A stretch of 63,793 nucleotides of DNA, the filler included, from Choristocarpus tenellus KU-1152 (lineage: Eukaryota; Protista; Phaeophyceae), in assembly GCA_964200185.2 (NCBI GenBank). It is 11 parts of 11 records of this genome, joined end to end, with 100 filler letters (N's around TTAATTAATTAA, not from the genome) between each part and the next. Parts side by side here need not be neighbours in the genome. Positions count along the whole stretch, not along the records: positions 51,396 to 54,686 come from CAXNAD020020992.1; positions 54,787 to 58,495 come from CAXNAD020018388.1; positions 58,596 to 63,793 come from CAXNAD020011535.1; 8 more parts are not named here. One strand, 5' to 3'. Below are positions 51,618-63,793 of this stretch, one piece after another. How positions within the stretch are numbered: position 1 is the stretch's first letter; the number at the start of each line of letters is the position of its first letter. The notes under the pieces are model-generated. The model was given only the letters and a program-made list of their open reading frames with translations. It had not been told where the DNA came from and did no database searches. The position numbers were made by a program, and so were the translations under genes.

Positions 51618-54600
51618 AAGTTCACTGTTGTTTTAACTGCTCTCTTAACTAAGTCTGGTTATTTGGCAACCCTAGTCATTAACCTGCATTATGATAACGC
51701 CAGGAATGAAAAATAGATGTTTGAAGGATGAAATAGGGCGTAGCAGCTTTCATGTGTAAGGGCAGGAAGTGCTCAACCGACAATGACTCCTGTTTTTGGA
51801 ATTTGCGTAGAGGGATTATGCCGTAACAATTTTTCTAAGATAGACCTGGTGAAGAACTGAGGGTATAGACCAACACTGTCCTAGCATCCTTTTGGATTGG
51901 ATTATGTTGTTTCTCTATCCTTACTACATTCGGTCATCACAACTCAATGGTAAGCAAACATCCAGTAATACTGAACAGTCCACGGGAAAGCTTGATTTTC
52001 ATGCTTTGAGGGTATATATTTAATGCATGTGATGATGATCACTAGGATATCCTCCAAGGCATTGTTAGGCAGATTTCGTTGTTATAGCGAGAACACTCAC
52101 CAGATCCTCATGGTTGCCTGTGAGAGCCCCGAACTGTGTAGACATGGTACCTCTCCCCTTTCAATTTTATCAAAGATGCGCTAGACTCCGTCCTTTTTGT
52201 CGCAGGTTCAGGGGAGACCCTGCAGAATAAAACGTTTGCTGGTGAGTATGGAGTACTGCGTTGTAGAAAGAAACAGATAAGGTTCTGTGGAATCTCGAGG
52301 GTCATCATGTAGGTTAAATGAACACCTATCGCATCTGGCATCACCCTCTACCATCAACTAATTTGAATGGCACTCGAGGAGAGGAATGCCTGGACCACTG
52401 CGCTGATACGGACAATATCGCAGAGATACTGACTCTATAATTGGGTGGCATAATACTACTTATTCTTTGTGATGAGGAATAGTACCCTCGCGCACATACT
52501 TGTTTGGCTAAGTTTGCCGCGATAAACGATACCGCCAAGAGTCGCTACCATTGAAGGTCCATTGCGAGTCAACCTTCTTCACTTTCAAATTCTACTTACT
52601 CTCAGCCACAGAAGATGCGCCCTCTATTCCTCCGAGTTGATTTTGCTGCGGTACTTCTGTTAGCATTATGTCATGTGCAATTTTAGTGATGGGTTTTCTT
52701 CAACCAAACCGTTACCTCTTATGACCGACGCCACCTGAGCATCCTCTTAACATAAATCGTTAAGACCAAAATGAGATATTTCGAACCCTTTGTCGCCATA
52801 TTATTTCCTGGTTCGTTTCAGGAAATCCAATATCGAAGATCTAAGTCTATGTAGCAACCACTGTGTATTGTACATACCCAGTAATGAATGTGTGTCCCTA
52901 TCAATATGTGAAGAATTCGTCAAGTTAACGAGACTTCATTGTGGAGCAAACCCGAGTCGAGTACTGCACAATAAGATTCGACGGAGGAGGAGCGATGAGT
53001 AATGGGACGGCTGATCCCAACACACAAAAAGCAAGGGATGCACGGGGCAATGTATCTAGTCGTATCAATAGTCCAAACCACAGTTAGGCATTATTAGGTA
53101 ATGACAACTAGTTGCAATGTGCGACCAGATTGACGTCAAGACTCTATAATAGAAACTAACTGTATGAATATTGTGCGTGTGAAACTCTATCACGAATTTT
53201 TTTCATCCAATATTGGCCTGTAGTAAATATCATACGAAAAATATATCATGGCACGCTTCCTCCTCTTCTCCCTTGTCCAACGCCCAACCTCTGACGGGTC
53301 AAGCTTCTACCAGAGGAGCCTGTATATTTTAACTAAACGGAAAAAAGTAATTATAGTAGTACAAGAACGGAAGGCAGGTTCAAGGTAGATATTTTTTCAG
53401 CGTACACCATATCGGGTGCGACCAATAGTGACCGATGGCAAAGTCAAGGAAGGGCATGGGCAGTGTTTGAACTACTCATAGCGTGGGATTTCGTACTTTA
53501 AAGTATTTTTTTTTTACCCGCTTGGCAACAGAGGGCAAGAATGACCACAATTGACTGCCTTGCATGCTATGATTTCCAATTGCTGAGTCATATAGTGGGT
53601 GAAAAGGGGAAGAGCAGCCACCCGCCACCCAAGTTTTTTTTTGCCCCAAAGATATACAGAGAAAAATGACAGTCTGAACCGATATTATGGGAGTGACTTG
53701 AAATTACGATATTGAACTTACGTATACATACAAAACAAATGCGTGGCATGGTAAGGTCTGGAGGAAACGCTTCGAAATCGCCGCCAGCAGCAGTCTATTT
53801 TAGTGTTCCACATGGAACCCACGGTTAAGATGATCGATCGTGTCCCTTAGTGGTAGAAGACAATATATGGCTTGGTGTGAATATATAACATTAGTGTTAC
53901 AATGGGGTTGTCTCACTTTCATTAACTGAAAGTGATAACGGCTTGCAACTGGTGGCACTCATTAGTGTGGGATTTGCAATCGTCAACACTAACTTGCCAT
54001 GAATCACTCACTCACTCGTGTTCAGTATGACAAGCGTATTCAGAACATACCACTAATCACTGGACACCAATGAGTCGATACATCTGGTATATGCATCACT
54101 GGTCATCCATCATATTGTCTACTCCATCATCAGGGGTGCCTATAGTGTAGCAGCAGCTCTATCCATGAACACAATCTCCACCTTCATTAATGGCGCAAGT
54201 ATCAAATAGAGTACAAGTTGGAGGGCTGCCTCCTATAGGAGGAGGATGATTCGCCAAAATCATTCCCCACTGGCGGTTTGACCACTACAACTAATCCCTC
54301 ATCATGCTACCTCGTCCAAAATGCTCGATGCTCTTTGGTTAATCAATCGTGGATACCCTTCAATATCGGTTTGTTCCTAATATTGACCTTTCATATTTCT
54401 ATTTTAACTATTCCACAAAGACTATTTCGCACCAGTCAGCCTCTGTGGGAATGTGTGTGCTTACTCAAGCACCTTCACTCCTCTCACATAACCTCACCCC
54501 ATACTCCAAGGAGGGCAAGTAACTCTGAAGTCAGTTCATTGGCATCTATATTGTTGAGGTTGAAAATCATGATTTTGGCAAAGAAGTCAAGAAAGGGCAT

Positions 54601-55479
54601 GTGTGTATGGGTTTGCACATGAAGGTCAAAGTATCTGGGGGGGGGGGGGTTCGGCGTCCGTTTTTCAGTTTTTTGGGGTGATTTGGNNNNNNNNNNNNNN
54701 NNNNNNNNNNNNNNNNNNNNNNNNNNNNNNTTAATTAATTAANNNNNNNNNNNNNNNNNNNNNNNNNNNNNNNNNNNNNNNNNNNNCCATAAATAATTTA
54801 CCGTAACTGTCCGATAGAGTTGGAAGAGTCTAATCGAACAGAAGCCTCTTGTTCAAATGTGGAGGACTCATCTCAAAAACAATAGCTGTCTCTTCCCCCA
54901 TTGCTCCCCCGTTTCTCTCCATAAAAAAGTAGATCCATAATGAGCAAGGCATCATAGCCCCCATAAGATCACAAAAATGTATTAAGAGAGATTCCACCGC
55001 ATTTCTACGACATTACCTGCATTTACTATTACTACTAAAGTGAATCCTGCGCAAACCTCTCCTTCCAAATATTGAATCACAAAGCTTATTATGTTAAAGA
55101 ATCCCCCGGCTTATGTATGGATGGAAGAGAAAATACAGGAGTATAACCAATTGTTGTAGAGTGAATGTTACCAAGAAGAGGGGACAACCATGCAACCCTA
55201 GAACATCACGCTTAATGGAATGAATTCCAATCTATCCGTTTGAATACAAGAATATATATATCGATAAACAAGCTAATAATTGTTGTACTCTGATTCTGCA
55301 TGTATACTACCACTGATATCCGTTACACTTGGAGGAGCCTAATCGAATACCCTCCTTAGCTCAAACAACACTGAGCGGTCACTAGACGTAACTAGTTACT
55401 GAACTCACTGAGGAAAATCCAAACGAACACGAAGAATTCAAAATCCAACGAAAAACAAACCGCTAAACATAGTCTAAAT

Positions 55480-55850
55480 TCAGCAAATCCCCTGCATGTC
55501 TTCTAAGAGATTCCTTGCTAGAGGCTTGGTCAGCACATCTGCATACTGCTCATCTGAGGTAACATAAATGATCTATAGTAGCTCATGTGCTACCGAGTCT
55601 CTCAGGAAATGGTGTCGCACATCTATGTGTTCAGTCCTACCAGAACTCTGTGTTGTCCTCATACACTACATCACAAGATCCAGAAACATCGGGTCAAACA
55701 AATTCCAACACACCCCTCAAAAGCAACAACTCCTTCACACAGTCCCGCATGGCTATGTACTCAGCCTCTGCAGTGGACGGTGCAATGATACGCTGGGTCT
55801 TAGAAAACCAGGCTACTGCTCCCCCCTGTAGACACAGCATGGAGGGTTTT
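55480..55850 (-). pseudogene. Ty1/copia RNase H remnant
   Basis: GGAVAWFSKTQRIIAPSTAEAEYIAM...RTEHIDVRHHFLRD...EQYADVLTKPL. Confidence 0.88.
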
Positions 55851-56169
55851 CTTAACATAACTGAGGTGTTTGCATTATTTGATGAGTGAGCATACATGAT
55901 CCTTGACTGGATCTATGCTCACTCCTTCAACAAATAACAGAGCTGTAAGTCCCAACGTGGGGTGGAGTCGTTACATGCTATCATAGATCATTTCCTGTGG
56001 TTGAATTGCCTATAATTTCATCGGATTCTCGAAACCTAACCATAGGATTGAGTGTGGCACTGGAATTGGCTGGGGAAGACCAACACGCGATCACGGGAGC
56101 TTGCTGGAGCTTGGAGTGCACACAACCGGGCAGAAATCTGCATAGTTACTTGAGAGACGAAGGGTCCAA

Positions 56170-58495
56170 TATGTCAATGAACGACGGCGATGGACCTGGC
56201 GGAGCCTGGGGGGGGTTGCGAGAGATCGATTGGTCTAAAGTGATGATAGCGCGGCATATTGAACCTCCACGTGTTGAGAGACTTGCTGAGAAGGAGGTGA
56301 GGGAGTTTCTGACAGCCTGACGCAAATATGGGATAAGCATTAGAATGCAATACTCTAAAGGAGGTATTCAAATTGCATTCGTGACGCTGTCCGAGTCCTT
56401 AACCGTTGCTCAGAGACGAGCACTGGTACTGGGCAAACTAAAACATAATTGGGCCGCAGCGACAGAGGAGCAACTCCTTAAAGCCCTTAAGAAGGTGGCG
56501 AGAGTTGATGGCGACTGCAGAACCTTCGACATAGGGCAAATTCAAAGGGATTTGCAGAGGGTGGCCCGGATGGGAAACGAAGGTCAGCCACGGATAGGGT
56601 CACGGGTGTGATCCAGGATATAGAAAGCTATCTGGAAGATAACAATCTGGATGGTGCTTTCCGAAATAATGCTGGACAAGATGGGGAGACTTGGAAGGCA
56701 GGGCCGGGAAAGGTACTCGCAGAGACCTTTATTGCAGGGCTTAAGCCCCCTGCGTTTAAGGCTGAAATTGCTAAGTATGTGGCTTGGGATCCTGAGCTAA
56801 AAAAGGATCCAGACCAGATCTTTGAGCTGGTAAAGGAGGAAGCCGAAAACTGGAGAATCTATGAGAGGGCCCAGGAATTTGAATCGAAACGAACTAAGCA
56901 AGATGAACCTGGTGGTAAACACCAAGAGGGGAAGTCTAAGTTTGGGGAGACGAATGGCAAGCCAGGGGAAGGCACACCTCGTAGTGGACTGAGTGTGAGG
57001 AAGAACAAGTTCCAAGGGACTTGTGATGCATGTGGGAAAGTTGGGCATAAACATGCTCAATGCCGAAGCTTGCTGGTTGGAATCTGGAAGGAGCAGTAGC
57101 ATCAGCAGCAGAGGTACCCACAACATCATGGTAGAGGTACAGACCCTGGGAGGGGATCTGGACCAGGGTCAAGACAACAAACCGGGGGTGCCAGTCAGCA
57201 ACCCTCAAGTGTAGGGGGAGGAACAAGCCGTCTAGGTGCAGCCCAAGGTACAAGGAGCCAGCAGGGGTTAGCTCCACAGTCTGCTACAGAGTTAAGGCAA
57301 GGCACTGGCGGTGGGAGTACGAGTGGCAGGGCAGTGGGTCAATGAGATGGTTCATGACGATGTAGATCATGGCATGCCTCTGCTGCCACCAAGCCCGGAT
57401 CCCAATATTGATCCTTATGCAGGCCATACTGGCCTGCGAAAAACCCAGGGCACTCATGAGGAAGTGTCCCTAGCTACGGAGGGGGTGGATGTAAAAGGTT
57501 CAGCTATCATGGTATAGCAGATGTAACTCCAGTGGGGTCAACATGCATGGGAAGTTGCCTTTCAGTATGAAGGCCCTGATGGACCCAGGGTCAGGGATCG
57601 CAGGCATATCTGAGATACTGGTGAAAAAAATGCAGCAGCATTTTGGTGGAGCAGTGCTAACCAAGCCCTTCCACCAGAGTGAAAGTATCTTAGAGGGTAC
57701 AAGTTTTACCCTGTTTGTCCATTTGGGGCTTGGCTTCCCTCGTTTTTTTTATGACACTTTCCTACTCCAAAATATTTCGGAATATATAAATGTATAGGTA
57801 AAATGCATACATTATGAAAAGGTGTTTCCGAAACAAGGATATTGACACTTTCTAGATTACTATGATAGCTGAAATTACATAAAAATCACCACATCGGAGT
57901 TTGGTCCCCAAATGGACGCGGTTGTACCCTCTAAGATACTTTGACTCACCAGCCTTTCCCCGTCAAGATCGCAAATAGATTATCTGAGTCAATAGGGAAT
58001 GTGACTAGTCCCTTAAATGTGGCACTCCACTCGGGCTATGGACCTGTAGTGGTGAGAAATCTTGTCTTGGCAGTAATACCAGGCAATGATGATGTGTTAA
58101 TTGTGGGCAGCAAGACATTGCGGGACATGTTAGGCTTTGACATGAAGCAATCCTTCGAGGAAGGGGCCCGAAGAAAGACAGAACTGCAAATCGCAGATCT
58201 GGAACAAGATATTACTTCTATGCGGTGTATGAGTGTTAGCGTAGAGGTGATGGAGAAGAGGATGGGGACGGCTCATCTCGATAGAGGCGATGACTCCATC
58301 TCTACACTACTGGAGGAAGGACCTGAGGTCATGATGGATTCTGCAGAAGAGGAAAAAAAACGAGGCTTGGCCTTAGAAACTTCCTTTCAAGTGGCACGAC
58401 GGGCCGGGATACCCTTGGGTGCCTGGGGGCGCCTACAGCAAGTGATAGCAACCCGGACCAATTTGTTGCGGGTATTCTTGGGGGGTGACCCACCT
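56170..58495 (+). pseudogene. Decayed Ty3/gypsy gag-protease(-pol start), interrupted by a MITE and truncated by contig end
   Basis: Gag with CDACGKVGHKHAQC knuckle, protease KALMDPGSG...DVLIVGSKTL, and pre-RT FLGGDPP. In-frame stops are present. Confidence 0.8.
57677..57947 (+). mobile_element. MITE family A, full copy, 4-bp TSD ACCA
   Basis: acca|GAGTGAAAGTATCTTAGAGGGTAC...GTACCCTCTAAGATACTTTGACTC|acca. Removing it plus one TSD restores the frame LTKPFHQPFPVKIAN. Confidence 0.95.
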
Positions 58496-60008
58496 NNNNN
58501 NNNNNNNNNNNNNNNNNNNNNNNNNNNNNNNNNNNNNNNTTAATTAATTAANNNNNNNNNNNNNNNNNNNNNNNNNNNNNNNNNNNNNNNNNNNNAGGTT
58601 ATGATTGGAAAGCGGGTGAACAGGGCAGTGGGGGGCACCTTGCGGTCCCTTGGACTTCCAGACCCGCTTCTTGACTTCACCGTATTTCCCAAGTTCTTCC
58701 CGTAGCCGTTCTGGGCTCGTTGGCCTGCTCTTGGGCCGAACCACGGAGCAACGCCGGGGGAAAAATATTTACAAAAACAAAGCGAACTGGCGTTGTCTGT
58801 TTTGTGACCCCAAAAAAAATATTGATGACCCCTTGACGGCATACAAGAGATCGCACCCTCTCCTGTTGGTCGATTCTCAAGGGTGCGGGGGGGGACAGTT
58901 TTCATTCGTGTAAAACGCCTTCTGTTTTTGGTCTATAAACCCGTCGCCGAAACTTGCTCCGCCAAGAGATACTATTTTTCTTTTTTGGTATTCAGATTTC
59001 TGAGTACCGTGCGCGTCTCGTGAGGTACAGTTTTTGTTTTTTTTAATCGTACATACAGCGACGGGATGGCACGAAAGCGTGTGATTGGATGAACAAATGG
59101 AGAGAATAGACTGGCTCTCGATGATCTTTTTTTTTCGTTCCTTTGTTTCAAACATTGAACAGTGCAGTAAGAGCAATCCCCCCTCCCCCCCTCTCCCCTT
59201 TTTGTGATATTTGTACACCCTGATGGTGTGATGACCTGCTGCTTTTTGCCACCTATTACATTACCTAGGTGTGGTATACGTATTATTAATAGATCTGTAT
59301 TGAAGTATGTTTTGGGGGGTTTCCACACTTGGGTAGCGTATGTGCCTAGAGTAAAAAATGCACCTGTACTACCCCCTCCCATGTCAGAGGTTTTACACAC
59401 TATTTCGAATAGATAAGTGTGTGTGTCCACGTGTGTTTACAGGCACTAGAAAGCAAAGCGCTGAATTTGGCACTAGCCTTACCACTTCCAGGGGCATGGC
59501 AGTGGACTGATGTTTGAGATACGAAAAAGATTGCGGCTTTTTACTGAAGAGTAACAATATTATCTTAATTAAAACATGGTGGAAGGAGATGATGGGGGGG
59601 GGCTTGAATGGGCTTTAGTATCTCTCAGAATACACGATATACATGTTCCACAAGAATCACTGGATGATCCAACAATACCACATGATGTATATTTGATCTG
59701 CACAAATGCTGATTCCTTTCCTTCCATGCCCCCCTATCATGTGTTTTGGGACGCTGAGGTCAACAACGAAATTGCTCTCGTGTCCAAAGCATTTACATAC
59801 ACAACCAGGAGAATGTTGATCATGTGATGATGACAAACCTGACTTCTATGGAGGAAGTAGTCAACCTTGGGTATGTAATACAACCACCAGACATGGTTCA
59901 TAAACACAGTAGGTGTAATAGACTAAAACACAAGAGACAGTACGGAGCAGCTTGAGATACACCTCATGTAAGGAAGGAGGCAAAAAAATGAGCAAAGACG
60001 GGTCTCAA

Positions 60009-61524
60009 TCAGTGGTACCATGCGGTGAGAGCTGCCCTTTCTCTATTGCCAGTAACAGGTCTGACCTCGTGGTCTACAGCCCCACTGAGGAACAACACAG
60101 CCCGTCCTCCAATCGGCATTATGTCCACAAAATCGTCCACACCCACTATCCCAGCTTCGTCCTGTTCTCCTCCTTTTGAACACCTTTCCCTGAGCTCTTC
60201 CTTTACTGGAGGGTATAATCGCAAGGCTCCTCCATCCTCCTCATCCCATTCTCCCTCTCGAGCAAGGTACAAAACGGCAGTTACACGACGGAAACCAGTT
60301 ACCTGGGCTTCCAATTTTCTCTTCTCTACCCCTACTTCTATTGTTTCACTATCTAAGCACATTTCTGTTGCCACGCCCTCTAACGAGATTGCCTTGCCCT
60401 GATCCCCATCTTCACCAAAAATATCATCATCCTGAGTAGTATTCGATTCCCAACCGTCATCCGGAAAGGCATCTCTGTGGCGCTTGTATCTAGCTCCAAC
60501 CCCTGTAGGGTACACTGCCAACTGGATAGTCAACAGGTGTCGACGGAAGGTGGCACAATGAAATGGAAAGGAGGGACAGTGTTGCCGTTACCAGAGGTGG
60601 AAGGGAAGGACAAAAGGCTCCCGAGTGGCTGTATTGCATTGGAACTCAAGGGGGAAGTAGGTAGAGAAAAGCGGTTGGAATGCAAAACAGGAAGTCGACC
60701 TCACACATCGTACCTGGTACTCCACTCCCCCTGTGAGTCTCACCAACCTCCCCAAATCGTCCCCAAGGTTCCTCAGCAGTCCGAGTATGTGATGTATAGC
60801 CAATACCTGAGTGTCTACTCCTATCACCACACCATCCATGTCAGTACCATCCGCAGCCTCCAGAAGGGCTTTTTCCTGTGCTGGGGAGATAAACATCGTC
60901 ACATCGTCTCTAACTGACGGCTCGTACACTACTTTAGTCACTCCGACATCGCCCCCAGGGTGAGCCATAGCCAGCTTTCCCACAGATGCCCTCTTTAAGG
61001 CCTCGTCATGAGCTAACCCCGCCACATGTGGGGTGGCCATCCCGTCCACAATCGTGAAGCCGTGGTCACGCAGCTCAGACCTGTGGTGTTCGGAGAGCAC
61101 CTTCCACACATCAACCACATGATCTTCATTCTCGCGTCTGAAAAGTCTCCGGCAAACCGACAAAGGCGGTTCCATCTGTAAGTAAAAGGCGTATGTGGGG
61201 CAAGGGATCACCGAGATGGAATAAGCAGTACATCAGTTAGTGGGGAAGCACTCCTTCGTGTGTAGACGCATGGAAAAATGTTAGGTAGGGTTGAGAGGAA
61301 GTTGATGTCACTGGCGATACCGAGAAGACCAGACTTCAAGAGAGTAGTACAAATCAAACTACCTTGTCCAACAACTTCAACATTTCCTCCTCATCAATTA
61401 TGATTTCCTCCTCCTCTTCTTCCCCCTCCTCCACCTCGCCACCGTTGTATATAACCCCATCCTCGCTCTCGCCACCTTTACGGTACAGAGAGACCTCTTC
61501 TCGCTCCTGCTCGACTGCCTCCAT
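60009..61524 (-). CDS. EGLN/PHD-like 2-oxoglutarate/Fe(II) dioxygenase (prolyl-4-hydroxylase type), 3 exons
   Basis: Exons 61524-61363, 61175-60714 and 60521-60009, all phase 0. Motifs: LRDHGFTIVDG, VRDD, QLAVYP, RYKRHRD (HxD), RRVTAVLYL, W..EDGGALRLYP, P.GGRAVLF, DHEVRP (distal His), RAALTAWY (2OG Arg). Confidence 0.9.
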
Positions 61525-61878
61525 CAATTGGGAACCACAAAGTTGTATCATATATCAATCTTTGGTTGATCGCTACAATAGTCTCTAGTTGTTTCAGATT
61601 TTTGTTTTCATCGAGGGAGTCTAATTTAACCGATGGTAATATATATAACCCGACCTAAGCTAGATTTTTGTTTCATCGGGGGAATCTAATTTAACCGATG
61701 AGATTATTACATCAACCCGGTCTGAGTTTCTGTGAAGGTCCTTCAACTTTCGTCAACAACAACGAAGCCACCCACACCACCAAGATAGGAGGTAACCTAC
61801 AGGCGAACAACAACTAAATCGCCTCGTGTGTGAATTGCAACAACGAAAAGCCAGAGAACTACTCGTAGTGTCCAGAAG
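61525..61878. promoter_or_regulatory. Putative bidirectional promoter/5'UTRs with a 66-bp tandem duplication (61596-61727)
   Basis: 354 bp between divergent ATGs. AGATTTTTGTTT(T)CATCG.GGGA.TCTAATTTAACCGATG occurs at 61596 and 61662. Confidence 0.6.
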
Positions 61879-63352
<1,474 letters not shown>

Positions 63353-63754
63353 GTAAGAAGAGGTGGCTTTCAAGTATGTGATGTGTGTGACTTTGAGGGG
63401 TTATACAGCGTTGAAATAGGTGAGAGAGTTGGAGCGTAGAATCTGGTTGGACGCTGAGGTGCTTTTCAGGTTAGGGTTAGGGTTTTCGCAGAGGAACCCA
63501 TTGTTGAGGTGCTGTCGTGCATGCCGATGGCCATTTATGTTGCTACAGAGCTGTTGCGTGGAGCCGCAGAGTTCATTGATACCTGGGTATGGCGTGTACT
63601 TGTCTCGTGTACGCCCTTAAAATAAAAAAATATACTCTCCGGGCGTATGCTATCGGGACAAAAATTAAATCAAACAAAATAGTGTTTAATAGAACACTCT
63701 CTTCCTTGCGGCGTACTACCAAGACAGTAGGACCGTGGTCTATGATGTGGTTCA

Positions 63755-63788
<34 letters not shown>

Positions 63789-63793
63789 GGGGG

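Noticed and set aside
51700-54600. Short ORFs in contig 9 as possible viral or TE genes
   Set aside because: No recognisable motif or consistent exon chain.

Overview
Eukaryotic, intron-rich and repeat-rich draft assembly. It is probably a stramenopile/brown-algal-type genome, but that is an inference from gene structure and TE style only. The window is 11 unrelated contigs joined by artificial 100-nt linkers (N44-TTAATTAATTAA-N44), so adjacency across linkers means nothing. Splicing by hand shows that contig 1 (1-18066) is almost entirely one minus-strand gene of at least 21 phase-compatible exons (~1,130 aa, 5' end missing). It encodes a four-module electron-transfer chain in a single polypeptide: DOMON (Met/His) - cytochrome b561 (4 His) - cytochrome b5 (HPGG..HS) - FAD/NAD(P)H reductase. 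This is the best candidate for an uncharacterised system. Other host genes are two DDX11/Chl1 exons, an unknown secreted protein, and an EGLN/PHD-like 2OG-Fe(II) oxygenase head-to-head with glutathione reductase across 354 bp. The rest is decayed Ty1/copia, Ty3/gypsy and RLE non-LTR retroelements, two related Sola2-like MITE families (about 16 full or partial copies, many at contig ends) and tandem repeats.
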